In this document: positions 9,509 through 20,732 of the stretch, piece after piece
Numbering within the stretch: position 1 is the first letter of the stretch
Layout: the number at the start of each line of letters is the position of its first letter
Origin: Gemmatimonadales bacterium
Lineage (GTDB): Bacteria > Gemmatimonadota > Gemmatimonadetes > Gemmatimonadales > GWC2-71-9
DNA: 64,000 nt
Assembly (NCBI GenBank): GCA_040901965.1
Contig: JBBDYB010000004.1
Span: 4,495 to 68,494 of the forward strand
Reading direction: 5' to 3'
Translations under genes and position numbers: made by a program
Notes under the pieces: generated by a model
Told to the model about the DNA's origin: nothing
The model's database searches: none
The model's input: only the letters and a program-made list of their open reading frames with translations

Positions 9509-9917
9509 CGCCCACACTGTACGGCCAGCGCATCGGGTACAGCGTCGCCAGCGCGTAGATCATCAAGGACGCACCCGCCAGCGCGATGTTCTTCCAGAAG
9601 TGCGCCGCCTGATTCGCCGCCATCATGGGATCGGGCAGGCCCCAGAAGCGATGCATCATGAAGGACACAGGAATAAGGAAGGCGACCAGGAGCAGCGCGC
9701 CCCAGCGCGGCTTCACGCCCAGCAGGATGCTCAGCCCGCCGGCGAGGATCATGAGCCCCGACACCAGGACGGCGAGCGTCGGCGCGGGCACGCCCGACGC
9801 CCCGGCGTACTGCGCGTAGGTGCTGAGCTTGGTGAGGTGGTTGAAGCCGGAATAGATAAAGAAGAAGGAGAAGACTATCCGCCCGACGAGCAGCCACTGA
9901 CTGGCCATGTGAGTCAC
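9474..9917 (-). CDS. DoxX-family membrane protein
   Basis: 147 aa with four hydrophobic segments. Pattern ...FFFIYSGFNHL... and ...FMMHRFW... resembles DoxX. The 3' end overlaps the convergent DUF4097 gene by 35 nt. Confidence 0.75.
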   Translation of the reverse strand: MTHMASQWLLVGRIVFSFFFIYSGFNHLTKLSTYAQYAGASGVPAPTLAVLVSGLMILAGGLSILLGVKPRWGALLLVAFLIPVSFMMHRFWGLPDPMMAANQAAHFWKNIALAGASLMIYALATLYPMRWPYSVGANRAGVSGRPV

Positions 9918-9932
9918 CCCAGGTGAAAGAGT

Positions 9933-10301
9933 TTACGCGCCGAGATAGCGCTCGACCTCCGTGGGAAACGTGCGCACGTCGATCGGCTTCGTGATGTACC
10001 CATCGAATCCCGCGGCTTCCGCGCGAGCCCGGTCCTCCGGCATGGCGTGCGCGGTCAGCGCCACCACCTTGCAGGAGCGTTCGGGCAGTGCTTTGAGTTC
10101 CTCGAGCACGGCGAAGCCGTCGCGCCCGGGGAGCTGGATGTCGAGCAGCACGAGCGCGGGCGCCGGCCGGTGGGTGCGCAGCACCTCCGCCACGCGGTCC
10201 CCGTTCGGGAGACCGATGATTTGATGGCCCTTCAGGGTCAGCAGCACGGTGAGCAGCTTCAGATTGTCGGGCTGGTCCTCGACGATCAGGATCGTGGCCA
10301 C
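9933..10301 (-). CDS. Single-domain CheY-like response regulator
   Basis: GTG at 10301 (residue 166 of track ORF 9933..10796) gives VATILIVEDQPDN...LLDIQLPGRDG...ALTAHAM...GFDGYITKP. It begins 1 nt after the kinase stop codon. Confidence 0.85.
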   Translation of the reverse strand: MATILIVEDQPDNLKLLTVLLTLKGHQIIGLPNGDRVAEVLRTHRPAPALVLLDIQLPGRDGFAVLEELKALPERSCKVVALTAHAMPEDRARAEAAGFDGYITKPIDVRTFPTEVERYLGA

Positions 10302-10302
10302 G

Positions 10303-12006
10303 TCATCCCGCCTGCGGGAGCGTGAACCAGAACGTACTCCCTTTCCCCATCTCACTCTCCACGCCGATGGCGCCGCCGTGCAGCTCGACCAGCCGCCGCG
10401 ACAGCGCCAGGCCAAGACCCGTGCCTTCGTATTTGCGGCTCGCCGAGGCGTCGAGCTGCGAGAACTCCTGGAACAGCTTGGGCTGATCCTCGGGCGCGAT
10501 GCCGATCCCGGTATCGGTGACCGCGATGCGGGTCGCGGCTCCACCGTTGACCGGGGCCGCCGCGACGGTGATGCGGCCGCCGTCGGGCGTGAACTTGATG
10601 GCATTCGACAGCAGGTTGAGCAGCACCTGCCGCACCCGGCCTCGGTCGGCGTGCACCCGCAGGTCGGCCGGCGGCGGCGTAACGACGAGCGCATGGCCAT
10701 GCTTCTGCGCCTGGGCGTGCACGCTGCCCGCCGCTTCGGTGAGGAGGCCGGCCACCTCGACCGCCTCGGGCTTGATCTCCATCCGCCCCGCCGCAATGCG
10801 CTGCAAGTCGAGCAGCTCGTTGATCAGCTCGAGCAGCTGGCGGCCGTTGCGCGCGACGGTCTCGAGGAAGTCCCGCTGCTGATCGGAGAGGGCCGGGCCC
10901 AGCTCCTGCGTCAAGAGCAGATCCGTGAAGCCGATGATGCTGTTGAGCGGCGTCCGGAGCTCGTGCGAGATGTTCGAGAGGAACTGATCCTTCGTTTTCA
11001 TCGCGGTGTCGAGGTCGGCGTTCAGCTGCTCCAGCCGCTTGGCGGTATGGCGGATTTCCGTCGCGAGCCGCCGCGTATGCTGGTGGGCCGATTCACGCTC
11101 GCAGGCGATCGCGAGATTCGGCGCCGCCTGGTCCAGCGCCGCGCGCTCGTCGGTACCGAACTGCGCGCCCGGCACCACGCCCAGCACCCCGACCAGCTTG
11201 GATCCCGACCGGAGCGGGACGAGCACGAGGCCATGCGGCACGGCCGCCGTGAGACGCAGCTGGTGACGCACGGGCTGCACCGCCTCGCCGTGATAATGCA
11301 CCGCCTGGGCGGCCTCGCCGATCAGGTCGCGCATGGTGGCCCGTGAGACGGGCTGCGGCTCGACGCCGCGCGCGGCCGTCGGGGCCCATTCATTGGCGTT
11401 GTACGCGGGCTGGTAGAGGACGGTGCCCGTCGCCCGCGTCGCCCCGGCGATGACGCCGAGCGCCTGCGTGAGCCCGGTGGCGGCCTCGTCGGCCGGCGTG
11501 TTGAGCGCCGCCAGGAGCTGCGACAGGTAGGCCTGCAGCTCCTCGCGCCATGCGAGCGCGGCCGCCATGCGATTGACCCCCCGCGCGATGGTGCCGAACT
11601 CACTCGGCTGATCCTCGGGCAGCGGATCGACGAATTGGCCCTCGGCCACGCGCTGCAGCGCCTGAACGATCCGGGCAAACGGGCCGGCCAAACTCCGGCG
11701 GTTGTACCAGAACCCGAGCCCGAGCATGATGAGCGTGGCGGCAAAGAGGACGGCGGATGCGAGCGCCGCTTGCAAGGCGTCGTCGCCCGCGTCGGCGGCC
11801 AGCTCGGCGGCGGCCGTTGCCTCCGCGGCGACCCGGGGTGCGGGGTTGAGGCGTTGAATCCGGTCGAGCCGTTGCGCCAGCTCGATCATCGCGGCCTGGG
11901 TGGCGCGAGCGCTGCGCCAGGTGGCGACCTGAGTGACGAGGCCGACCAGGGCGACGGCGATGAACATCGCCGCGAAGAGGCGGGTGATGCTGGGCGCCGC
12001 CCGCAT
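10303..12006 (-). CDS. Membrane sensor histidine kinase (HAMP-GAF-HisKA-HATPase)
   Basis: N-terminal TM segment, a HAMP-like segment and a GAF-like region. H-box SHELRTPLNSI, N box LLNLLSNAIKFT, G boxes DTGIGI and GTGLGLALS. Confidence 0.85.
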   Translation of the reverse strand: MRAAPSITRLFAAMFIAVALVGLVTQVATWRSARATQAAMIELAQRLDRIQRLNPAPRVAAEATAAAELAADAGDDALQAALASAVLFAATLIMLGLGFWYNRRSLAGPFARIVQALQRVAEGQFVDPLPEDQPSEFGTIARGVNRMAAALAWREELQAYLSQLLAALNTPADEAATGLTQALGVIAGATRATGTVLYQPAYNANEWAPTAARGVEPQPVSRATMRDLIGEAAQAVHYHGEAVQPVRHQLRLTAAVPHGLVLVPLRSGSKLVGVLGVVPGAQFGTDERAALDQAAPNLAIACERESAHQHTRRLATEIRHTAKRLEQLNADLDTAMKTKDQFLSNISHELRTPLNSIIGFTDLLLTQELGPALSDQQRDFLETVARNGRQLLELINELLDLQRIAAGRMEIKPEAVEVAGLLTEAAGSVHAQAQKHGHALVVTPPPADLRVHADRGRVRQVLLNLLSNAIKFTPDGGRITVAAAPVNGGAATRIAVTDTGIGIAPEDQPKLFQEFSQLDASASRKYEGTGLGLALSRRLVELHGGAIGVESEMGKGSTFWFTLPQAG

Positions 12007-12046
12007 GGGGCTCCATAATACGGCGGCGGCGTGTACCTTCCAAGCC

Positions 12047-12892
12047 GTGCGGCCCCATACCCTTGGCCTGATCGGGCTCGGCGCGATCGGCGGCTCGGTT
12101 GCCCGTCAGGCGAAGCTGGCGGGTGTGGCGGTGGTCGTGGGATGGTCACCGGAGCCAGCCGAGCGCGCCGCGGCCGCGCAGTACGGCGCCTTGGACGCTG
12201 CGCCCCCCCGCGCCACCGACGTGGCCCGGATCGCCGACCTGCTCATCCTCGCCGCACCGCCGGCCGCCAACCTCGCCCAGCTCGACGCCGTCGCCCCCCA
12301 CCTGCGCCCCGGCGCCCTCGTGACGGACGTCGGTTCGGTGAAGCGCGCGATCGTGGCGCGCGCCGAGCGGCTCGGCCTGGGGGCGCGGTTTGCCGGGAGC
12401 CATCCGCTTGCCGGGACGCACCGGCGCGGATTCGCGGCGGCGCGCAGCGACCTGTTCCGAGGCGCGATCGTGTACGTGACGCCGTGCGCGGGCGGCGATG
12501 CGGCCCGCGAGATCGCCCACTTCTGGGAGACCGTGCTCGAAGCACAGCCGGTCGTCCTCGACGCCGCACGTCACGATGCCCAGCTCGCCGCGACGAGCCA
12601 CGTGCCGCAGGTCGTCGCCTCGCTGCTCGCCGATTTCCTCGCCCGCAACACGCCTCCCGGCGCCACGTTCGGCCCGGGCGCGACCGACACCACGCGCCTG
12701 GCGGCGAGCGAGCCGGCGCTGTGGACCGAAATCCTGCTCATGAACCGCGACGAGGTGCTGCCCGCCTTGCGCGCGCTCGAGGAGTCGCTCGGCACCGTGG
12801 AGCGCGCGCTGGAGATCGGCGACGCGCCCGCGCTGACCGCGTGGCTCACCCGCGCGGCGACGTGGCGGCGGCGCCTCGGAGAGGAGGCGTGA
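12047..12892 (+). CDS. tyrA: Prephenate/arogenate dehydrogenase
   Basis: Rossmann motif LGLIGLGAIGGS and GSHPLAG motif. GTG at 12047 was chosen. An ATG at 12005 would overlap the divergent kinase start, so the start is uncertain. Confidence 0.75.
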   Translation: MRPHTLGLIGLGAIGGSVARQAKLAGVAVVVGWSPEPAERAAAAQYGALDAAPPRATDVARIADLLILAAPPAANLAQLDAVAPHLRPGALVTDVGSVKRAIVARAERLGLGARFAGSHPLAGTHRRGFAAARSDLFRGAIVYVTPCAGGDAAREIAHFWETVLEAQPVVLDAARHDAQLAATSHVPQVVASLLADFLARNTPPGATFGPGATDTTRLAASEPALWTEILLMNRDEVLPALRALEESLGTVERALEIGDAPALTAWLTRAATWRRRLGEEA

Positions 12893-14148
12893 AGGTGCAG
12901 GGCGTCGCCCGGCCCCCGGGCGACAAGAGTATTTCCCACCGCGTGCTCATGCTGGCTGCCCTCGCTCGAGGGGGGGGCACGAGCGAGCTGGCGGGCCTGC
13001 TCACGGGAGCCGACGTAAAGAGCACCGCCCGCGTCCTGCGCCAGCTCGGCGCCAAGATCTCGATCATTCGAGAAGGGTCCACGGTTTCAGTACACGCCTC
13101 TCGTTTGACGTCGTCCGTTTCACGCCTTCATTGTGGTAACTCTGGGACCACAGCGCGCCTCCTGTTAGGAGTACTCGCAGGTCAGCGATTCGCATCGACG
13201 TTGACAGGCGATGCGTCGCTGCGACGCCGGCCGATGCGCCGCGTGACGGAGCCCCTGCGAACGATGGGGGCGGAGATCGCCGAACGCGGCGACGGTCTGC
13301 CCCTCACCATTCGGGGCGGCAAGCTGCGCGGCCTGACGTACGCAAGCCCGGTCGCGAGCGCGCAGGTGAAGAGCGCGCTGCTGTTCGCGGGCCTCACGGG
13401 GAGCGTGGCGGTCACGATCCGCGAGCCGTACCGCTCGCGAGATCACACGGAACGGCTCTTTGCACACCTCGGTCTGGGCATTCACGAGAAGAGCGGCGCC
13501 ATCGTGTACGAGCCGTCACATTCCAACATTCCATCGTTCCAACTTGCCGTCCCGGGAGATGCCTCGAGCGCCGCGTTTCTCGTCGCCGCCGCCGTGCTGG
13601 CGGAGGGAGGAGAGCTCCTCATCGAGAATGTCGGCGTCAATCCTACACGCACAGGATTTCTGGTCGTGCTGGCGCGGATGGGCGCGCCCGTGGACCGCGT
13701 GAACCTGCGTGATGAAGGGGGCGAGCCGGTTGCCGATCTCGTGGTGCGTCCGGCAACGCTCACCGGGACGGAAGTGACCGCCACGGAGATTCCAACGCTC
13801 GTGGACGAGGTCCCCGTCCTGGCCGTGCTCGCCAGCCGGGCACAGGGAACGACGGTGTTTCGTGACGTGGGCGAGCTGCGCGTGAAGGAAAGCAACCGGC
13901 TGGAGCTGGTCGCCGCGAACCTGCGGGCGGTGGGCGTGCGCGCGGAAGCGCGCGGCAACGATCTGCACGTGGAGGGAAGGGACGCACCGCCCCGCGGAGT
14001 TGTCGATACCGCCGCCGACCACCGCCTCGCGATGGCATTCGCGGTGCTCGGGACCGTGCCGGGGTCCGACGTGCGCTTGTCGGAGCGGCGTTCGGTGGCC
14101 ATCAGCTATCCGAACTTCTTCAAAGACTTGAAACGGATCGGCGCATGA
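12889..14148 (+). CDS. aroA: 3-phosphoshikimate 1-carboxyvinyltransferase (EPSP synthase)
   Basis: GTGA overlap with the tyrA stop. N-terminus VKVQGVARPPGDKSISHRVLMLAAL carries the classic PGDKSISHR motif. The rest of track ORF 12031..14148 is an out-of-frame overlap with tyrA. Confidence 0.9.
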   Translation: MKVQGVARPPGDKSISHRVLMLAALARGGGTSELAGLLTGADVKSTARVLRQLGAKISIIREGSTVSVHASRLTSSVSRLHCGNSGTTARLLLGVLAGQRFASTLTGDASLRRRPMRRVTEPLRTMGAEIAERGDGLPLTIRGGKLRGLTYASPVASAQVKSALLFAGLTGSVAVTIREPYRSRDHTERLFAHLGLGIHEKSGAIVYEPSHSNIPSFQLAVPGDASSAAFLVAAAVLAEGGELLIENVGVNPTRTGFLVVLARMGAPVDRVNLRDEGGEPVADLVVRPATLTGTEVTATEIPTLVDEVPVLAVLASRAQGTTVFRDVGELRVKESNRLELVAANLRAVGVRAEARGNDLHVEGRDAPPRGVVDTAADHRLAMAFAVLGTVPGSDVRLSERRSVAISYPNFFKDLKRIGA

Positions 14149-14864
14149 TGCTGCGCGTGATCGCGATTGACGGTCCCGCGGCGTCCGGAAAGAGCTCCAC
14201 GGCCGGGCTCGTCGCGCAGCAGCTCAGCTGGGCGCACCTCGACTCCGGAGCGCTGTACCGGGCGCTCACCCTCGCCGCGCTCGACAACTTGGGAGAGCAG
14301 GGAGCAGGGAGCAGGGAGCGGGACGGCGGGGAGGCGTGGCCGGCGCAGCGGCTCGTGGCGCTCGCGGAGTCGCTGCCCGTGCGTCTGGTGTTGGTGGGCG
14401 ATGTGTTCCGGCCGGAGGTCGCGGGGGCGGATGTGCGGGCGGCCGTCCGCAATGAGCGGGTTACGCGCCATGTCTCCGCGCTCGCGGCCATTCCCGAGGT
14501 GCGGACCTGGGTAAACACCCAGCAACGGCTGGCCGTGCAGGGGTGTGGAGGACGTGGCGTGGTTGTCGATGGCCGTGATATCGGGACGGTGGTCTTTCCC
14601 GAGGCCCCGCTGAAGATCTTTCTCACCGCGACACCGGACGAACGGGCGCGGCGGCGGCTGTTTCAGCGCGGGCAGGCCGTGGACGTCGAGCAAGTGCGGC
14701 GCGAAAGCCGGGCCTTGGCGGCCCGGGACGCGGCCGATTCCAACCGGCTCATCGCCCCCTTGAAGGCAGCGCCGGACGCGGTGCTGCTCGATACCACGGC
14801 GCTGACGCTGGAGCAGCAGGTGACGCGCGTCGTCGAACTGGCGCGGGGGCTGTTCCCTGGGTAG
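14145..14864 (+). CDS. cmk: Cytidylate kinase
   Basis: P-loop IAIDGPAASGKSS, DSGALYR and DGRDIGTVVFP motifs. ATGA overlap with aroA. Contains the G-rich heptamer array at 14291..14334. Confidence 0.85.
   Translation: MMLRVIAIDGPAASGKSSTAGLVAQQLSWAHLDSGALYRALTLAALDNLGEQGAGSRERDGGEAWPAQRLVALAESLPVRLVLVGDVFRPEVAGADVRAAVRNERVTRHVSALAAIPEVRTWVNTQQRLAVQGCGGRGVVVDGRDIGTVVFPEAPLKIFLTATPDERARRRLFQRGQAVDVEQVRRESRALAARDAADSNRLIAPLKAAPDAVLLDTTALTLEQQVTRVVELARGLFPG
14291..14334 (+). repeat. (GGGAGCR)n G-rich heptamer array inside cmk
   Basis: GGGAGAGCA GGGAGCA GGGAGCA GGGAGCG GGACGGC GGGGAGG. Six or more G3+ tracts. Encodes LGEQGAGSRERDGGE. Confidence 0.85.
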
Positions 14865-14894
14865 GTTTCGCGCCACCCGAGCCATGGACTCGGT

Positions 14895-16679
<1,785 letters not shown>

Positions 16680-16702
16680 ACGCGTCGTGGTGAACGGCCG
16701 TG

Positions 16703-16735
16703 AGGGGACAGGGTTATCCTGTCCCCTTTTCGTTT
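16703..16735 (+). terminator. Intrinsic terminator after rpsA
   Basis: AGGGGACAGG (16703-16712) pairs with CCTGTCCCCT (16718-16727), loop GTTAT, followed by TTTCGTTT. Confidence 0.85.
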
Positions 16736-16754
16736 GGCGGTCTAGATTCGGGCC

Positions 16755-18278
16755 ATGAGCATGCGCGAGAAGCTCGAGCTCCTGCAGCAGAAGCGCGCCG
16801 AGTCCGAGCAGGGCGGCGGCACCGATCGCATCGCCACCCAGCATCAAAAAGGAAAGATGACGGCGCGCGAGCGGCTCGACGTGCTGCTCGACCCCGGCTC
16901 CTTCGTCGAGCTCGACCGCTTCGTCACTCACCGCGCCACCGATTTTGGGCTCGCCGACCAGAAGGTCCTGGGCGACGGGGTGGTCACGGGGTGGGGCCGG
17001 GTCGAGGGGCGGCTGGTGTACGTCTTCTCGCAGGACTTCACCGTGTTCGGCGGGTCGCTCTCGGAGGCGCACGCGGAGAAGATCTGCAAGGTGATGGACC
17101 TCGCGATGCAAAACGGCGCCCCGGTCATCGGGCTCAACGATTCGGGCGGCGCGCGCATCCAGGAAGGGGTCGCGTCGCTCGGCGGGTACGCCGACATCTT
17201 CCTCCGCAACACGCTGGCGTCGGGCGTCGTGCCGCAGATCAGCGCCATCCTCGGTCCGTGCGCCGGCGGAGCCGTGTACAGTCCCGCCATCACCGACTTC
17301 ATCTTCATGGTGCGCGGCATCTCGTACATGTTCGTCACCGGCCCCAACGTCGTGAAGACGGTGACGCACGAAGAAGTGGACTTCGAAAAGCTGGGAGGCG
17401 CGGACGTCCACGGCGGCACGTCCGGCATCGCGCATTTCGTCCACGACTCGGAGCTCGAATCGCTCACGGCGATCCGGACGCTGCTCGCCTTCCTGCCGGG
17501 CAACAACCTCGATAGCCCACCCACGCGGGCCTCCGATGATCCCCCGGATCGCCGCGAGGAGGCTTTGCTCGACATCGTTCCGGACGAGCCGAGCAAACCG
17601 TACGACATGCGCGACGTGCTGCGGCACATCGTGGATGGCGGCGCGTTCCTCGAGGTGCAGCCCGAGTACGGCGGCAATCTCATCGTCGGCTTCGCCCGGC
17701 TGGCCGGCCGTCCGGTCGGCATCGTCGCCAATCAGCCCGCGACGCTGGCCGGGGTGCTCGACATCGCCGCCTCGCTCAAGGGTGCGCGCTTTATCCGCTT
17801 CTGCGACGCGTTCAACATCCCGCTCGTCACCTTCGAGGATGTGCCCGGCTTTCTGCCCGGCGTGGCGCAGGAGCACGGGGGGATCATCAAGCACGGCGCG
17901 AAGCTGCTATACGCGTTCTGCGAGGCCACAGTCCCGAAGCTCACCGTCATCACGCGCAAAGCCTACGGGGGCGCGTACGACGTCATGAGCTCCCGGCACA
18001 TCCGCGGCGACTACAATGTCGCCTGGCCGACGGCGGAGATCGCCGTGATGGGTCCCAAAGGCGCGGTCGAGATCCTCTATAAGGGAGAGGCAAGCGAGGA
18101 GCAGACCACCGAGTATCGCGAGAAGTTCGCGCACCCGTATCAGGCCGCGGCGCGCGGCTACGTGGACGACATCATTGACCCGCGCGACACCCGGCCGCGC
18201 CTGATCGCCGCGCTGATCACGCTGGAGACGAAGCGGAGCAAGAATCCCCCGAAAAAGCATGGCAATATCCCTCTCTAG
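16755..18278 (+). CDS. Acyl-CoA carboxylase carboxyltransferase (beta) subunit, PccB/methylmalonyl-CoA carboxyltransferase-like
   Basis: 507 aa. N-terminus ...[20 protein letters not shown] and motif [13 protein letters not shown] are typical of the family. Confidence 0.9.
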   Translation: MSMREKLELLQQKRAESEQGGGTDRIATQHQKGKMTARERLDVLLDPGSFVELDRFVTHRATDFGLADQKVLGDGVVTGWGRVEGRLVYVFSQDFTVFGGSLSEAHAEKICKVMDLAMQNGAPVIGLNDSGGARIQEGVASLGGYADIFLRNTLASGVVPQISAILGPCAGGAVYSPAITDFIFMVRGISYMFVTGPNVVKTVTHEEVDFEKLGGADVHGGTSGIAHFVHDSELESLTAIRTLLAFLPGNNLDSPPTRASDDPPDRREEALLDIVPDEPSKPYDMRDVLRHIVDGGAFLEVQPEYGGNLIVGFARLAGRPVGIVANQPATLAGVLDIAASLKGARFIRFCDAFNIPLVTFEDVPGFLPGVAQEHGGIIKHGAKLLYAFCEATVPKLTVITRKAYGGAYDVMSSRHIRGDYNVAWPTAEIAVMGPKGAVEILYKGEASEEQTTEYREKFAHPYQAAARGYVDDIIDPRDTRPRLIAALITLETKRSKNPPKKHGNIPL

Positions 18279-19185
18279 CGTCGTTCTGGCCGTCACGCTC
18301 GTTCAAGCACCGGCGCCGCCCCCCGCCGACTCGCTGCGCGCGGCGCTGTGGGCGCGGGTCGCGGCGGACTCGACCGACGGACCGGCGTGGCTGGAGCTGG
18401 GGCGCTTGTACCTGCAGCGGGGCGCGGAGTACCACGCGCACAAGACGCCGGCGCCCCGCGATACCACGTGGGCACAGGCAATCCTCGATACGGCGCAACA
18501 GGCGTTCGGCCGCGCCGCGCGCTGGAGCGCGGGGACCCGCACCGCCGATTCCGCCCGGGTGTTCCACGTGTACGCCGTGGGCGAGCGGGCGTATCTCGAT
18601 TGGGAATCCGGGGGCCCGGAGGCGGCGATCCTGGCCTGGCATACCCTGCCGGAAGGGCTGCGCCTGCCGCCGGTACTCGAGGAGCTGGGGGAAAACCTGC
18701 TGCGCGCCTGTCCCCACAACGGCATCCTGCTCACGGCGAACGAGCACGACACGCAAGCGGCGTGGTACCTGCGCTTCGCCCGCGGCCTCCGTGCGGACCT
18801 CGTGATCATGCCCTTCGACCGCTGGCGTGGCGATACCGTCATGCGCGGCCGGGTGATGCGCGACTTCAAGGCGCGCGATCGGGCGCTCCGGGCTTTGGGC
18901 CGGACGCGCGCCGTGTGCGCCAGCATGGGCTTCGAGCGCCCACCGGAGGAGCGCTCGCTGCGGTGGGCGAAACGCCCGCTCGTGTGGGTGACGGGGAAAG
19001 AGACCAGAGCTGATCGCGTGCCCGCCCACGACTTTGTGTTTGCGGCGCTGCGGCTGGCGGTGGATCAGCATGAGACATGGAGCCCACCCGCCGTGGCGCT
19101 CTACCGCCGCGCCGTGAGCATGGTGCCGGCGCTCTGCAAGCCGTTCGACACGTTTGGGCTGAAATCGGAGGTTGGGTGCCGGTGA
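18259..19185 (+). CDS. Hypothetical protein with signal-peptide-like N-terminus
   Basis: 308 aa ORF with good GC3 and N-terminus [20 protein letters not shown]. No family recognised. Overlaps the previous gene by 20 nt. Confidence 0.5.
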   Translation: MAISLSSVVLAVTLVQAPAPPPADSLRAALWARVAADSTDGPAWLELGRLYLQRGAEYHAHKTPAPRDTTWAQAILDTAQQAFGRAARWSAGTRTADSARVFHVYAVGERAYLDWESGGPEAAILAWHTLPEGLRLPPVLEELGENLLRACPHNGILLTANEHDTQAAWYLRFARGLRADLVIMPFDRWRGDTVMRGRVMRDFKARDRALRALGRTRAVCASMGFERPPEERSLRWAKRPLVWVTGKETRADRVPAHDFVFAALRLAVDQHETWSPPAVALYRRAVSMVPALCKPFDTFGLKSEVGCR

Positions 19186-19211
19186 TGGCAGATGGCTGAC
19201 GGCTGATGGCT
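19184..19211 (+). repeat. (GATGGCT)4 heptamer array spanning the biotin carboxylase start codon
   Basis: GATGGCA GATGGCT GACGGCT GATGGCT. Contains three ATGs, at 19185, 19192 and 19206. Confidence 0.85.
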
Positions 19212-20732
19212 GCGATTCATCGCGTCCTGGTCGCCAACCGCGGCGAGATCGCCGTCCGGGTGATCCGCGCCTGCCACGAGGAAGGTCTCGCGGCCGTCGC
19301 CGTCTATTCCGAACCCGATCGGCTGGCCCCGCACGTACGCGATGCCGACGCGGCGGTGTCGCTCGGCCCGGCGCCCGCGACCGAGTCCTACCTCGACATC
19401 CAGAAACTCATCGCAGCCGCGCGCGCGAGCGGCTGCCAGGCCGTGCACCCCGGCTATGGATTCCTGTCCGAGCGGGCGGCGTTTGCCCAGGCGTGCGCCG
19501 ACGCGAACTTGGTGTTCGTCGGCCCTCCGGCCGCGGCGATCCGCGCCATGGGCGACAAGACCGAAGCACGCCGCCGCATGCAGGCGGCGGGCGTCCCCGT
19601 CGTGCCCGGCACCGCGGCGCCGCTGCGTGATGCGGCCGAGGCGCGGCGCGAGGCGAAGCGCCTCGGCTATCCCGTGTTGCTCAAGGCCGTCGCCGGGGGG
19701 GGCGGGAAGGGCATGCGGCTCGTGGCGGCGGAAGCGGACATCGAGAGCGCCTTTCAAGCCGCGCGGCGCGAAGCGCAGAAGGCGTTCGGCGACGGCAGCG
19801 TGTACGCGGAGAAGTACCTCGAGCGGCCGCGCCACATCGAGATCCAGGTGCTCGCCGACCGGCACGGCCGCGCCGTGGCGCTGGGCGAGCGCGAGTGCAG
19901 CATTCAGCGCCGCCACCAGAAGCTGATCGAGGAGGCGCCATCGCCCGCCGTGTCGCCGCCGCTGCGCCGCCGGCTTTCGGAGGCGGCGGCGGCGGCCGCG
20001 GGTGCGGTCGGGTACGTCAGCGCCGGAACGATCGAGTTCCTGCTGACGCCCGCCGGGGAGTTCTACTTCCTCGAGATGAATACGCGCATTCAGGTCGAGC
20101 ATCCCGTGACGGAGCTCGTCTACGGCGTGGACCTGGTGCGCGAGCAGCTGCGCATTGCCGCCGGCCAGCCGATGCGCATCCACTCCGGGTTGCTGCACCC
20201 GCGCGGGCACGCCATCGAGTGCCGGATCACCGCCGAGGATCCGTTCAACGACTTCCTGCCGGCGACCGGCGTGCTGGAATACCTGCGCGTGCCCAGCGGG
20301 CCCGGCATTCGCTGGGACGCCGGCGTCGAGGCGGGGAACGAGGTGACGCTGTTCTACGATCCGTTGCTCGCCAAGCTCATCGCCTGGGGCGAAACGCGGG
20401 AGGTCGCCATTCAGCGCATGCGCCGCGCGCTGGGCGAGCTCGTGATCGTGGGGCTTCCCACGAGCCAGCCGTTTCATTTGCGCGTGATGGACGATGCCGA
20501 GTTCCAAAATGGTGAGCTCGACATCACCTACCTGGAGCGCGCCGGCCAGCGGTTGCTCGCCGCCGTCCCGCGCCCGGGCGTCGAACGTGCGCTCGCCGTC
20601 GCCGCGGCCATTGTCGCCGACGAGCACCGGAGCGTCCCTGCCAGCGCGGTTCCGTCCGACCGTCCGACAGTCCAACAGTCCGCCTGGGTGGTGGAGGGGC
20701 GGCGGTTGGGAATGCGGGACGGCCTCGAGTGA
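19206..20732 (+). CDS. accC: Biotin carboxylase subunit of acetyl/propionyl-CoA carboxylase
   Basis: RVLVANRGEIAVRVIRAC, glycine loop AGGGGKGMR, and EMNTRIQVEHPVTE. Confidence 0.9.
   Translation: MAAIHRVLVANRGEIAVRVIRACHEEGLAAVAVYSEPDRLAPHVRDADAAVSLGPAPATESYLDIQKLIAAARASGCQAVHPGYGFLSERAAFAQACADANLVFVGPPAAAIRAMGDKTEARRRMQAAGVPVVPGTAAPLRDAAEARREAKRLGYPVLLKAVAGGGGKGMRLVAAEADIESAFQAARREAQKAFGDGSVYAEKYLERPRHIEIQVLADRHGRAVALGERECSIQRRHQKLIEEAPSPAVSPPLRRRLSEAAAAAAGAVGYVSAGTIEFLLTPAGEFYFLEMNTRIQVEHPVTELVYGVDLVREQLRIAAGQPMRIHSGLLHPRGHAIECRITAEDPFNDFLPATGVLEYLRVPSGPGIRWDAGVEAGNEVTLFYDPLLAKLIAWGETREVAIQRMRRALGELVIVGLPTSQPFHLRVMDDAEFQNGELDITYLERAGQRLLAAVPRPGVERALAVAAAIVADEHRSVPASAVPSDRPTVQQSAWVVEGRRLGMRDGLE
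20653..20684 (+). repeat. Octamer tandem array in the 3' tail of the biotin carboxylase gene
   Basis: CGTCCGAC CGTCCGAC AGTCCAAC AGTCCGCC. Encodes ...PSDRPTVQQSA... Confidence 0.7.

Noticed and set aside
12031-12888. First 286 residues of the 705-aa ORF 12031..14148.
   Set aside because: It is an out-of-frame overlap with tyrA and is Arg/Pro/Gly-rich. The EPSP synthase motif starts right after the GTG at 12889.
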